Positions 46,683-56,180 of a DNA stretch of 64,000 nt are shown here, in pieces. Source of the stretch: an uncultured Sulfolobales archaeon (lineage in GTDB: Archaea > Thermoproteota > Thermoprotei_A > Sulfolobales > NBVN01); assembly GCA_938017505.1 (NCBI GenBank), contig CALIKV010000031.1, positions 2,511-66,510 on the forward strand. The letters are read 5' to 3'. The translations under genes and the position numbers were made by a program. Below the pieces are notes generated by a model that saw only the letters and a list, made by a program, of their open reading frames with translations, did no database searches and was not told the origin of the DNA. Numbering within the stretch: the stretch's first letter is position 1; each line of letters opens with the position of its first letter.

Positions 46683-47495
46683 ATGTCAGGGAGGATATTA
46701 ATGGTTGAGAAGGTCGAGGTGAGGAAGGCCCCGGTCGTGAACGCAAGCGGTGAGGTGGTTGGCGAGGTAGTGCTTCCGCCTGTTTTCTCCGTGCCGGTGA
46801 GGAAAGATCTGATTAGGAGGGCGTTTCTGGCCGCCTTTACCTCCAAACTACAGCCTAAAGGGAGAGACCCACTGGCTGGTAAGAGGAGGGTCGGGGAGTC
46901 GTGGGGTATAGGACATAGCGTAGCAAGAGTTCCCAGGCTCAGCAACGCGCGCGCTGTCCTGGCACCCATGGTGAGGGGCGGTAGGCTAGCTCACCCGCCT
47001 AAAACCGAGAAGATCGTTAAAGAGAGGGTTAACAAGAAGGAGAGACTGTTGGCATTGGCCTCAGCGATAGCCGCCACTGGGGAGCCGCAACTCGTCAGGT
47101 TGAGGGGGCATCTCTTCGAGAGAGACGCACTACCGATAATAGTTGACGATGACGTGCTTAAGGTCTCCAGGACTGGTGAGGCCAGGAACGTGTTGGCTTC
47201 CTTAGGAGTCCTAGAGGATGTGGTGAGGGCTAGTGAGAGGACGAGGATTAGGGCAGGTAAAGGGAAGATGAGGGGGAGGAGGTACGTAACCCCTAGGTCG
47301 ATCTTGATAGTGATCCATGACGATGCAGGTGGGGCCTATAGGGCGTTCAGAAACCTGCCAGGCATCGACGTAGTGCCTGTTAGGCTGCTGAGCGTTCTTC
47401 ACCTAGCTCCTGGAGGATGCCCCGGCAGGTTGACAGTGTACACTAAATCTGCCGTGGAGGAGTTAGGTAGGAGATTTAAGGTGGTGACGCCTTGA
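46683..47495 (+). CDS. rpl4: 50S ribosomal protein L4
   Basis: [35 protein letters not shown]. Confidence 0.97.
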   Translation: MSGRILMVEKVEVRKAPVVNASGEVVGEVVLPPVFSVPVRKDLIRRAFLAAFTSKLQPKGRDPLAGKRRVGESWGIGHSVARVPRLSNARAVLAPMVRGGRLAHPPKTEKIVKERVNKKERLLALASAIAATGEPQLVRLRGHLFERDALPIIVDDDVLKVSRTGEARNVLASLGVLEDVVRASERTRIRAGKGKMRGRRYVTPRSILIVIHDDAGGAYRAFRNLPGIDVVPVRLLSVLHLAPGGCPGRLTVYTKSAVEELGRRFKVVTP

Positions 47496-47755
47496 GAAGC
47501 CCCTCATCTATTATCAAGAGGTCGCTCGCCACGGAGAAGGTCCTCTCTCAAGTGGAGAGAACTAACACTTTAGCTTTCGTGGTCGACTTGAAAGCCACGA
47601 AGCATGAGATCGCTAAGGCTGTTGAGGAGCTGTTCAACGTTAAGGTTGAGGAGGTCCGCACCGTCGTCACTATGAAGGGGGAGAAGAAGGCGTATGTCAG
47701 GCTGAAGCCGGAGTACAAAGCGAGTGAGGTAGCGACTAAGTTAGGCCTTATTTAA
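47492..47755 (+). CDS. rpl23: 50S ribosomal protein L23
   Basis: TEK, NTLAFVV, KKAYVRL. Confidence 0.96.
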   Translation: MRSPSSIIKRSLATEKVLSQVERTNTLAFVVDLKATKHEIAKAVEELFNVKVEEVRTVVTMKGEKKAYVRLKPEYKASEVATKLGLI

Positions 47756-47767
47756 GTGGTGATGTGA

Positions 47768-48484
47768 GTGGGTAAGAGGACTTTACAGCAGAGGGCTGGT
47801 CGCGGGGGGCAGAACTTCAGGAGTCCTAGCCACGTTAGAGTGGCTGACGCTAAATACCCTCCACCGTCTAACACCACGCTTAGAGGGGTTATTGTTGACT
47901 TAATCCATGACCCGGGCAGGTGGGTTCCTCTAGCGAGGGTGAAGCTGGAGAACGGTGTGGAGTACTACATACCCGCGCCGGAGGGGATGTTCGTTGGTCA
48001 GGAGGTTTTCATAGGTCCTGACGCCCCGGCGAACCTGGGGTGTACCCTCCCTCTCGGGAGCATACCTGAGGGTAGCAGGGTCTACAACATAGAGCTCAGG
48101 CCAGGGGACGGCGGCAAGCTTGCGCGGCAGGCCGGGAGCTACGCTCTCGTGCTCAGCAAGTCTGAGAAATACACGGTGGTATTGCTACCGAGCAAGAGGC
48201 AGAAGAGCATCCTAAGCACTGCAAGAGCTACTATAGGGGTTCCCGCTGGGGCTGGCAGGACGGAGAAGCCGTTGCTTAAGGCTGGTGCGGCCTACCATAA
48301 GTGGAGGGTTAAGGCGCGTAAATGGCCTAGCGTAAGAGGGGTTGCGATGAACGTAGTCAGTCATAAGTTCGGCGGCGGTCATCACCAGAGAAAATCGCAT
48401 CCATCCACGGTCTCAAGACATGCCCCGCCTGGGAGGAAGGTAGGCCATATAGCAGCTAAGAGGACTGGGTTGAAGAAAAGGTAG
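47768..48484 (+). CDS. rpl2: 50S ribosomal protein L2
   Basis: HDPGR, PGDGGKLAR, WPSVRGVAMN, PPGRKVGHIAA. Confidence 0.97.
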   Translation: MGKRTLQQRAGRGGQNFRSPSHVRVADAKYPPPSNTTLRGVIVDLIHDPGRWVPLARVKLENGVEYYIPAPEGMFVGQEVFIGPDAPANLGCTLPLGSIPEGSRVYNIELRPGDGGKLARQAGSYALVLSKSEKYTVVLLPSKRQKSILSTARATIGVPAGAGRTEKPLLKAGAAYHKWRVKARKWPSVRGVAMNVVSHKFGGGHHQRKSHPSTVSRHAPPGRKVGHIAAKRTGLKKR

Positions 48485-48530
48485 CGTAGGGACGCGATCT
48501 AGGACCGGATAGGTTAGGTTTTCTACCCTT

Positions 48531-49244
48531 TTAACGTTGCTCCTCCCACGCTCCTTGATTTATACAGTACCTACGGAGAAGCTCCTTAACTATGCTTGAA
48601 GTAGACATTGAGGGACCCCCGACCCTCTCCTTCAACCTCTCGACGGAGAAGCCGAGGTTTAGCCTCTCCCCGCCCTTAATAAGGATGTTCTCGTCTACCG
48701 GTTGATCAGGCCCGAGCAATATCACGTCAGGTCTAACCCTAGCCACGGACTTCATGAAGTCCTCTTCATCCCCGAGGAAGGCGTTGTAAACGTACTTAAT
48801 GGATGAAACTAGCTCGAGCCTTGAGTTCTCATCGAGAATAGGGCTCCTCCCCTTAATCCTCCTGGCGACTGAATCCCTCGCGACGACTGCGTAAACCAAG
48901 CCCTTCTCAGACGCTCTCCGCATGTAGTAAAGATGCCCTGGATGAAGTAGGTCGAAAGTCCCTCCTATGAGGACTCTGCTCGGCGTCTTCCTAACCCACT
49001 CAACATCAACACTGCCTGTGAGCCTCAATGCGTCTATCAAGCCCTCGCTGTACGCGATGCAGGAGAGGGCGGTTGCGTGATCACCTACGTTGAAGTAGTG
49101 TTTAGCGTCGTTGAGGTAAAGGCTCGCTAGGTTAAGTACCTCACCCACCTCCTTGCCACACAACTTAACGACCAGTTTCTTCAGGGCGTGTTCAACCATG
49201 TCAATGTAGGTCTTGACCCTGAGTGCTATGTCTTCGTTAGTCAC
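48531..49244 (-). CDS. DUF357 domain fused to a cytidylyltransferase-family (FAD synthase RibL-like) domain
   Basis: YLNDAKHY..GD..TALSCIAYSEGLIDAL, then GGTFDLLHPGH, PDVILLGPDQ, STSSI. Confidence 0.8.
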   Translation of the reverse strand: MTNEDIALRVKTYIDMVEHALKKLVVKLCGKEVGEVLNLASLYLNDAKHYFNVGDHATALSCIAYSEGLIDALRLTGSVDVEWVRKTPSRVLIGGTFDLLHPGHLYYMRRASEKGLVYAVVARDSVARRIKGRSPILDENSRLELVSSIKYVYNAFLGDEEDFMKSVARVRPDVILLGPDQPVDENILIKGGERLNLGFSVERLKERVGGPSMSTSSIVKELLRRYCINQGAWEEQR

Positions 49245-49338
49245 TCCACACCCCAGAGAATTAATTAAGTCCTTTTATTAAAAATAGCCCCCCATAACGT
49301 CGCGTTCACTTATATCCGGCTTTGGCGTAGTATATCCG

Positions 49339-50067
49339 GTGGTTTACGTGGTTACGGAGTTGCTCTTCCAGAGGGACAGTTACTTAAGGAGGTTCGAGTC
49401 CACTGTAATGGATTTGAGGAGCGGCGGAGTGATCTTAGATAAGACGGCATTCCATCCGATGACGGGCGGGGTTGCCGACGATACTGGATGGCTCTACCTA
49501 GGTAACGTGAGGTATGAGGTCAGGAGCGTGGTTCTGGAGAAGGACTCCGGAGAGGTGATACACGTCCTCGACACTACTGAGGGTTTATCACCTGGGGCGA
49601 CGGTCATAGGTGAGTTGAACTGGGAGAGGAGGTATAAGTTGATGAGGCTGCACACGGCAGCGCATATACTGTCAGCGGTGATGTACGATGATTATGGATC
49701 CTTGGTCACTGGAGGGAGTGTGGAGCCGGATAAAGCAAAGGAAGACTACGACGTGCAGGGTGATGAGAAGGAGATCTTCTCCAAGGCCGCTGAGAGGGTT
49801 AACGAGATCATTAAGCGAGGTATGGAGGTCAGGATATATTGGCTCAGCAGAGATGAGGCGATGAAGATACCCGGCGTGGTTAAGCTTGCCGCCAGAATGC
49901 CCCCGAACGTTAACGTCCTCAGGATAGTGGAGATACCTGGAGTTGACATACAGGCTGATGGAGGGCCACACGTCAGGAACACAATAGAGATAGGCAAGTT
50001 CTTGCTTCTAAAGACCGAGAATAAAGGTAAAAAGAGGAAGAGGATATATTACACAGTCGAACCTTAA
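49339..50067 (+). CDS. alaXM: Alanyl-tRNA editing protein AlaX-M
   Basis: TAFHP.GG..DTG, MRLHTAAHIL, DIQADGGPHV. Confidence 0.92.
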   Translation: MVYVVTELLFQRDSYLRRFESTVMDLRSGGVILDKTAFHPMTGGVADDTGWLYLGNVRYEVRSVVLEKDSGEVIHVLDTTEGLSPGATVIGELNWERRYKLMRLHTAAHILSAVMYDDYGSLVTGGSVEPDKAKEDYDVQGDEKEIFSKAAERVNEIIKRGMEVRIYWLSRDEAMKIPGVVKLAARMPPNVNVLRIVEIPGVDIQADGGPHVRNTIEIGKFLLLKTENKGKKRKRIYYTVEP

Positions 50068-50252
50068 CCACGGTCTTTTAGGACGCGAGTTACCGGAGTG
50101 TTGTAGGTTCACGCGAAGAACCGCGTTCGATGCCTACTAACTTGCCTAACAACAAGCTGATGAATGAGAAGGTCGCTTCGTTAGTGAAGCGAGAGCTTCC
50201 TAAAATGTTTCGTCTCTTTCAAAGATTTTAATTAATTTGCAATCCGTATAAT

Positions 50253-51506
50253 ATGTCGGGAGGAACGATGAAAAGCACGAACGACAATGTATCAATTCAT
50301 AAAGTGATGAAAAACCTCGACCTTATAAGAGTTACCGACGCTAAGGTGAAATATTTCGAGGCCCTGTGGGAAATTCCAGAGGGAGTGACCTATAACTCAT
50401 ACGTGCTGCACACTAGTGAGGGTGCAGTCCTCTTTGACACTGTCAACTCCGACTTCTCGAGGGATTACCTCGAGGCGTTAAGGAGCGTTACTGACGTCAG
50501 AGACTTCAGATACGTTATAGTCCACCATATGGAGCCCGACCACAGCGGTTCCCTAAAGGATCTGGCCAGAGTGGAGGGCTTTAGAGCTGAAGTGCTGGGA
50601 CATCCCCTTACCTCTAGGTTAATTAAGTCACTCCTCAACATTGAAGTTAAGTTCCGCCAGACTAGAGATGGTGAGGAGCTCAAGTTAGGTGCTACTACTC
50701 TTAAGTTCATCCACGTGCCGTGGCTTCACTGGCCCGAGACCATGTTCACCTACGTTGAGGACTTCAGGACGTTAATGACTTGTGACGCCTTCGGCGCATA
50801 CTCGATGCCGCCTTACATGATAAGTGGGGCTGAATACCTCAGCGCTGAGTACGTGCGGTTCATGCGTAAGTACTTCGCTAACATAATAGGACGTTATAGA
50901 GAGAATGTTATTAAAGCGCTTGACAAGCTTGAGTCCCTTGGACTTAGTGTGGATCTAATGGCCCCGTCACATGGGGCGGTGCTTTCAGGAGTTGACGTCG
51001 TCAACAGGGTTCTTAAACTCTATCGTTCCTGGGCTGAAGGCATCGCCGAGGGCGGTAAAGTTGTGGTTCTCTACACTTCTATGTACGGCTACGTCGAGAG
51101 AATGGTTGAGGAACTCCTGGAGAGAGTTGCAGACAGGGGAGTTAGGGTTGAGTTATTTAAGTTCACGTCAGTCCATAGAGACAATGTAGCTGACTTCCTA
51201 GGGAGTTTGCTCGATGCTGGGGTTTTTGTGATAGCCACCTCAACATATGACGGCGGTTTATTCCCTATAACCAAGTACTTGCTGAGCCTAGTGGTTAGCA
51301 AACTGAACGTGGAAAAACCCACATATCTAATAACGGCCTACGGGTGGAATGACGCCGCATTGAGAGAGCTTAAGAACCTGTTCTCAAGCTCTAAGCTAGT
51401 GTTAAAGGGGGAGCTTACGGTGAACAGTACGCCCACCAAAGCTGACTTAACCAGGCTGGATGAGATGACTAGGGAAATCCTCACTCAATCCGGGGTTAGT
51501 CCTTAA
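50253..51506 (+). CDS. fprA: Flavodiiron protein (FprA family)
   Basis: YNSY, HHMEPDH, HWPE, CDAFG, PSHG, flavodoxin Y.SMYG. Confidence 0.92.
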   Translation: MSGGTMKSTNDNVSIHKVMKNLDLIRVTDAKVKYFEALWEIPEGVTYNSYVLHTSEGAVLFDTVNSDFSRDYLEALRSVTDVRDFRYVIVHHMEPDHSGSLKDLARVEGFRAEVLGHPLTSRLIKSLLNIEVKFRQTRDGEELKLGATTLKFIHVPWLHWPETMFTYVEDFRTLMTCDAFGAYSMPPYMISGAEYLSAEYVRFMRKYFANIIGRYRENVIKALDKLESLGLSVDLMAPSHGAVLSGVDVVNRVLKLYRSWAEGIAEGGKVVVLYTSMYGYVERMVEELLERVADRGVRVELFKFTSVHRDNVADFLGSLLDAGVFVIATSTYDGGLFPITKYLLSLVVSKLNVEKPTYLITAYGWNDAALRELKNLFSSSKLVLKGELTVNSTPTKADLTRLDEMTREILTQSGVSP

Positions 51507-52621
51507 TGAGTAACTCCTCGTCAAGCAAAGCGCTAGCGTTTTTAGAGGATGAGGAGCTGGCTAAGACGTTCTACGAGCACCTGGCCAGCCGGGTTAGCGA
51601 CGACGATCTTAGGAAGAAGCTGAGCGACCTATCTTCGATAGAAGCGACGCATTCAGACTTCTGGGCGATGTTCCTCAGAAGCAGGGGCTACACACCCACG
51701 ATAAATAGAATTAGGCTGAAGCTTAAGACAGTTCTACTTAAGCTCACGCACTTGCTCTTCGGCACAGGCTTCATTATTAAGCTGCTGGAACACGATGAGA
51801 TCAACGCGGTAAGGGTTTACATCGAATACGTTAACTCAGGACACTTAAGCGAGTCCGAGAAACTTGCTCTCAGAAAGATAATAAGAGAAGAGCTAGTTCA
51901 TGAAAGCGAGCTCAAAAGAATTGAGTCCAGGTTTAAAGGACTGCTAGATTACGTCAGGGAAGTAGTTCTAGGAATGAACGACGGCCTCGTCGAGGTTCTC
52001 TCAGTGACGGCAGGCCTTTCAGGCACCTTCGTCTCCCCCCTCTACGTAGCTATCGGAGGACTGCTTGTAGCTGTCGGAGGAGCGCTCTCAATGGGCATCG
52101 GCTCGTACGTCAGCGTTAAGTCCAACGTTCAGGTCAAGAGCGAGTCAATGAGGAACATCAGGATCACTGTAGAGATGGAGCCTGAGTACAGCGCTGCTGA
52201 GTTGAGGGAACACCTAATTAGAAGGGGCTTCACTAAGGAGCTGAGCGAAATGATAGTAAGCGGGTCAATGAGAAACACCGAACTGCTCTCTTTGCTGCTG
52301 ATCGAGAGCAAGTTGGGGCAGAGTGAGGAGGTCTTGGAAGAGCCTATGAAGGCAGGTCTTTACACGGGACTCTCCTACTTAATCGGCTCTGCAGTGCCCT
52401 TACTGCCTTACGCGGCTTCGATCCCTGCACCCCTCTCAACAGTCTACTCGCTCCTCAGTGTTGCTCTAACACTGAGCTTGACAGGCTTCATAATTTCAGT
52501 TCTAGGCGGCTTACGTATTAAGCGTAAAGTAGTTGAGCTGATCACGTTAAGTCTAGTAGCTGCTACGGTAACCTACGTCATTGGCAGAACAGCTAACATA
52601 GTCCTCGGAATTGAGATCTAA
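51506..52621 (+). CDS. Ferritin/rubrerythrin-like domain fused to VIT1/CCC1 transporter
   Basis: ExxH motifs (EATH, ELVH); VLGMNDGLVE, LSMGIGSYVS. Confidence 0.88.
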   Translation: MSNSSSSKALAFLEDEELAKTFYEHLASRVSDDDLRKKLSDLSSIEATHSDFWAMFLRSRGYTPTINRIRLKLKTVLLKLTHLLFGTGFIIKLLEHDEINAVRVYIEYVNSGHLSESEKLALRKIIREELVHESELKRIESRFKGLLDYVREVVLGMNDGLVEVLSVTAGLSGTFVSPLYVAIGGLLVAVGGALSMGIGSYVSVKSNVQVKSESMRNIRITVEMEPEYSAAELREHLIRRGFTKELSEMIVSGSMRNTELLSLLLIESKLGQSEEVLEEPMKAGLYTGLSYLIGSAVPLLPYAASIPAPLSTVYSLLSVALTLSLTGFIISVLGGLRIKRKVVELITLSLVAATVTYVIGRTANIVLGIEI

Positions 52622-52645
52622 AAACGAATAAAAAGAGTAGTGTGT

Positions 52646-53035
52646 TTATTCCGTCGTTTTTATCTCCTTCCTCGCCTCCCACAAGCCATGTATGTTGCAG
52701 TACTCTACGACGTATATGACGCCGCTTTTCTTGAGCTTGATCTTAAGCCTGACGTCCGGCTCGCTGTAGAATGGCTCCAGCTCAACCGTCGCTAGCCTTA
52801 TGGGATTGAACGGTCTGCCTTCCTCAGAGAAGTAGAGCTCGATTCTCCTTATCGAGTGCTCCACTGTGTTAGGATGAGGGCCTACGAGTACCCTTACCTC
52901 AAAGGCTTCATTCGCTTTGACAGTCTCAGGAGCCTCTATCTTGGGCGTGTGAGTCTCGACCTTTGTTATAGCCTCGCCAGGCGCTCTCTCAGGACTATAT
53001 ATTAGTTCACCGAAGCTCTTCATATTGATCACCAT
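52646..53035 (-). CDS. sor: Superoxide reductase-like (class II SORL) protein
   Basis: ETHTP, HPNTVEHSI, YCNIHGLW. Confidence 0.85.
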   Translation of the reverse strand: MVINMKSFGELIYSPERAPGEAITKVETHTPKIEAPETVKANEAFEVRVLVGPHPNTVEHSIRRIELYFSEEGRPFNPIRLATVELEPFYSEPDVRLKIKLKKSGVIYVVEYCNIHGLWEARKEIKTTE

Positions 53036-53085
53036 ATACTAATTGTTTCAAAGCTAATTTACGTTTAGGCAGTAGTAGGTGGTCA

Positions 53086-53649
53086 TCAAGGCTTGAACCT
53101 CTCCTCCCTCCATACGTTGCCTCTCTCGTGATACCCTAAGGCCTCCCAATATCCGTCTCTATACTCCCTAGTGAAGGTTATTTCAGTTACGTACTTAGCG
53201 CTCTTCCACCCATACAGGTTGGGTATGTAGATCCTAGCCGGGAATCCTTGCTCAGGATTCAGAGGTCTCCCGTTCATCCTGAGCGCTAGGACTCCTCTCT
53301 CGTTCAGGAATTCGTCATAGGGGATAACCGTCGTGTAATTGTCGAGACCCCTTACGAAAACCCAAGCTACTTCTCTAAGTGGAACTACCTCGCTTACAAG
53401 CCTCCTTAAGGACACGCCCTCCCACATCACGTTCCTTACAGACCAACCCGTGACGCAGTGGAAGTCCGAGACGTAGGACGTATCGATCATACCTAGCAGT
53501 TCTTCGTAAGCGTATGTCCTAGGCGTGTTGACTTCTCCGCCTATCCTCAACCTCCATGCTGACAGATCTATCCTGGGTTGACCTAGGATTCTGTAAACTA
53601 TGAAGTTGGGTATAGCCTTCTGACCTGGGGGTAGTCCTTCATCGCGCAT
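53086..53649 (-). CDS. Sulfite oxidase-like molybdopterin-binding oxidoreductase
   Basis: LPPGQ, DFHCVTGWS, GFPAR, YGWKSAK, GYWE..GYH. Confidence 0.9.
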   Translation of the reverse strand: MRDEGLPPGQKAIPNFIVYRILGQPRIDLSAWRLRIGGEVNTPRTYAYEELLGMIDTSYVSDFHCVTGWSVRNVMWEGVSLRRLVSEVVPLREVAWVFVRGLDNYTTVIPYDEFLNERGVLALRMNGRPLNPEQGFPARIYIPNLYGWKSAKYVTEITFTREYRDGYWEALGYHERGNVWREERFKP

Positions 53650-53659
53650 AGTCTCGTCC

Positions 53660-53974
53660 CTATTGACTGATAGTGCATAGGGACTTAATTAATTTGTTAT
53701 TTAGGGTAACGAACCGACACGTACCCACGTACCTGCCTCCGTGAAGTAGCCTGTACGAATAAAGTATGTAGTTGAGACCTATTGCTTCGTTCTCGCTGAA
53801 CACGATCTCCAGCCCTTTAACTCCTAGAACCTCGCTTAGTGAGTCCCTAACCAACACAGCATGTGTATGGAGATCCTCAAGTGAACGCACTACCTTATGT
53901 TCATGCACGCAGGCAATCACTGCTCTAACGCCCTTGGGGAAAAGGGACTCAGGGCTTGAGACTCGGCACTCCAC
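53660..53974 (-). CDS. Hypothetical protein
   Basis: 104-aa ORF co-oriented with its neighbours. Confidence 0.55.
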   Translation of the reverse strand: MECRVSSPESLFPKGVRAVIACVHEHKVVRSLEDLHTHAVLVRDSLSEVLGVKGLEIVFSENEAIGLNYILYSYRLLHGGRYVGTCRFVTLNNKLIKSLCTISQ

Positions 53975-54022
53975 TTGATCAACCCTCGTTACTACATCGT
54001 GGAGTCTTTATAAGGGAGTGAG

Positions 54023-54110
54023 TGGTAGCCGGGCGGGGATTCGAACCCCGGTCACGGGGGTTCCTCCTAGGTCCAAAGCCCCGCATCCTTGGCCGCTAGA
54101 CGACCCGGCT
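54023..54110 (-). tRNA. tRNA-Gln(TTG) with a 12-nt intron at 37/38 (54061-54072)
   Basis: Acceptor AGCCGGG/CCCGGCT, CGGGG-CT-TTG-G[ACCTAGGAGGAA]C-CCCCG, GTTCGAATC, encoded CCA. Confidence 0.92.
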
Positions 54111-54122
54111 CCATGTTCCTAC

Positions 54123-54620
54123 TTAAGCGTCCGTGTTTAAATGTTTTTCCGAGCGTTTCGTTACGATTACGTAGAGCGCTATAGCGAGCGCTGCTTGAGG
54201 TGGCAACGTCTCGTCAAATCCCTTGTTGATGACGTGCTCGCCGAGGCTGAGCTCCGTTTTAGTTGGCGGCGAGTCACTGCCATTCACAACTAAGGCGACC
54301 CTGCCCTCCAACCCTCCTGCAATTTCCTCAAGGTCTTTAGAGGCTTCAGTCCTAGCTAGGACTAGGGTCCTATCAGGCCTTAATAACTCCATAGCGTCCT
54401 GTAAGGTTGGCAGAACCACTAACGACCTCCCTCTCCTGAACGCGTACTTACTGACTTCGGGAATCCCGGTCTGTGCAGCCATCCCGGAAACCCTAGACAA
54501 CACCAGGCTCGTCTTGAACTCGCTCACGCCGTAGACCAGCCTAGCCACGTCCACAAGCCTTTGAGGAGACGAGACGCCGTTCAACACCACTACTAACTCC
54601 ACTCCCACGTCACCCACCAA
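54123..54620 (-). CDS. DUF2122-like protein (predicted SPOUT-fold)
   Basis: SSPQRLVD, GMAAQTGIPEVSK, LQDAMELLRPD. Confidence 0.7.
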   Translation of the reverse strand: MVGDVGVELVVVLNGVSSPQRLVDVARLVYGVSEFKTSLVLSRVSGMAAQTGIPEVSKYAFRRGRSLVVLPTLQDAMELLRPDRTLVLARTEASKDLEEIAGGLEGRVALVVNGSDSPPTKTELSLGEHVINKGFDETLPPQAALAIALYVIVTKRSEKHLNTDA

Positions 54621-55578
54621 TATGTTTGAGTATCTCTAAAGCTATAACTCTAGCTAGCGGTGGCGGGACCGCCTCGCCGACCTGATTGTACTGCTGTTCC
54701 CTACCGCCTAAGAACACGTGGTCATCTGCGAAGCCCATTAACCTGGCCTGTTCTCTGACTGTTAACAGCCTGTTCTCGTATGGGTGGATAAACCTTGAAG
54801 AGCCTAACACTGTAGGAGCTACTCTGTAGGGGTGTAGCCTAATGAGGTTGGGCAATGCGTAACCGCCCGCACCCTCATACTTAACCACGGAACCACCCCA
54901 TTTGAGTCTAGACGCTCTCTTCAGCTTAGACTTGCTGAGGCCTGGAGGCGGCTCGTGGTTAGGTATTATGGGTTCAGGTGATGGCTCCGGGAGGTCTGAT
55001 ATAGCCTCCCAAACAGTAATCAACCTGCCGTTCCTAGGGGGACTCAGTCTTAAGTTCGATATGAAAACCCTGAGCCTCCGTGACGGTGTGCCGTAGTCCT
55101 CAGCCCTCAGCATATTGAAGTGCACGTCATAGCCAGCCCTGCCGAACTCCTCCTTAAGAGCGCTCTTCAAATCCCCCTCAATCATCGCTGACACGTTCTC
55201 CAGAACGAAGTACTCAGGACCCAAACACTCAAGAAGCCTGATGTACTCGAGGACGAGCTGCCCTTGCTCATCCTTATACAGCCTGTCCAGCGGGTCCCTC
55301 ATCCTGTTGGGGTTGGATCCGGTGAAGGGCTCGCAAGGCGGTGAGCCTATCAGAACGTCGACTTCAATGCCCTGGATCAACCGACGCACGTGCTCACACC
55401 TCACGTCACGTATGTCCTCTGCGATCGTCATGGCTCTAGGGTAGTTCACCACGTAAGTCCTGGCAGCTGCGTCATCGACCTCAATAGCGAGAATGGAGTT
55501 GAAACCTGCTTCATGAAAGCCTCTAGTGAACCCTCCCCCACCGGCGAAGAGATCAACCAGTGAGTTCCTTTTCCTCAT
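54610..55578 (-). CDS. C5 cytosine methyltransferase (orphan)
   Basis: DLFAGGGG, GSPPCEPF, ENV, YGTPSRRLR, LTVREQARLMGF, QVGEAV; ATG at 55578 preferred. Confidence 0.9.
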   Translation of the reverse strand: MRKRNSLVDLFAGGGGFTRGFHEAGFNSILAIEVDDAAARTYVVNYPRAMTIAEDIRDVRCEHVRRLIQGIEVDVLIGSPPCEPFTGSNPNRMRDPLDRLYKDEQGQLVLEYIRLLECLGPEYFVLENVSAMIEGDLKSALKEEFGRAGYDVHFNMLRAEDYGTPSRRLRVFISNLRLSPPRNGRLITVWEAISDLPEPSPEPIIPNHEPPPGLSKSKLKRASRLKWGGSVVKYEGAGGYALPNLIRLHPYRVAPTVLGSSRFIHPYENRLLTVREQARLMGFADDHVFLGGREQQYNQVGEAVPPPLARVIALEILKHIGG

Positions 55579-56089
55579 CAAGAATTTCCTCTTCCAGCCT
55601 CGATACAACCCTTTCCAAATACTCCCTGACAGGAGTATTATCCTCAACCCTTAATTCAGCGCCGCACTTAGGACACCTGAAATCGTTCTCATACGCCTCG
55701 TCGAAGGTCAGCCTAACACCATCGTTCTCACAGATGAAGAACGTGTTATTGCTCTCATAATCAAGCCTAGTCCTCAGCTTGCTTAAGACCTCCCTCTTCC
55801 TCTGGAGGAGGATTTGATTAAGCCTCCCAGCGTCTACAAACCACTGATAGATAAACCTACCGTCCTCGGTGCTCTGCCTCCTCCTGTACGTGACAACCCC
55901 TAACGAGTGTAGTTCGTAGAGAACCCTCCTAACTTCTTGGTCGTTCAGGCCTGTCTCCAACATTATGTCCGCGTCCATCAGTTCCTTATTATGTTTAACT
56001 AGAACCTCGAAGACCCTCCTGCCGGACACGCCTACGTATTCCTCGATGAACCTAGATAGCTCCTCCACCTTACCCGCTTTACCCACCAT
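55553..56089 (-). CDS. tfe: Transcription factor E (alpha)
   Basis: EVRRVLYEL, Y.W, FFIC..D, FDEAYENDFRCPKCG. Confidence 0.92.
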   Translation of the reverse strand: MVGKAGKVEELSRFIEEYVGVSGRRVFEVLVKHNKELMDADIMLETGLNDQEVRRVLYELHSLGVVTYRRRQSTEDGRFIYQWFVDAGRLNQILLQRKREVLSKLRTRLDYESNNTFFICENDGVRLTFDEAYENDFRCPKCGAELRVEDNTPVREYLERVVSRLEEEILDEEKELTG

Positions 56090-56180
56090 TAATCACCTTC
56101 CTTCCTCGAACCGACAGGCCCCCCTATATGATATACGATATCGGAGAAAATAAGGTGTGATCGGCCTCTCGAGGTAGGGG

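Noticed and set aside
50109-50119. TCACGCGAAGA shared with ~42867
   Set aside because: An 11-nt match is expected by chance in 64 kb and does not extend.
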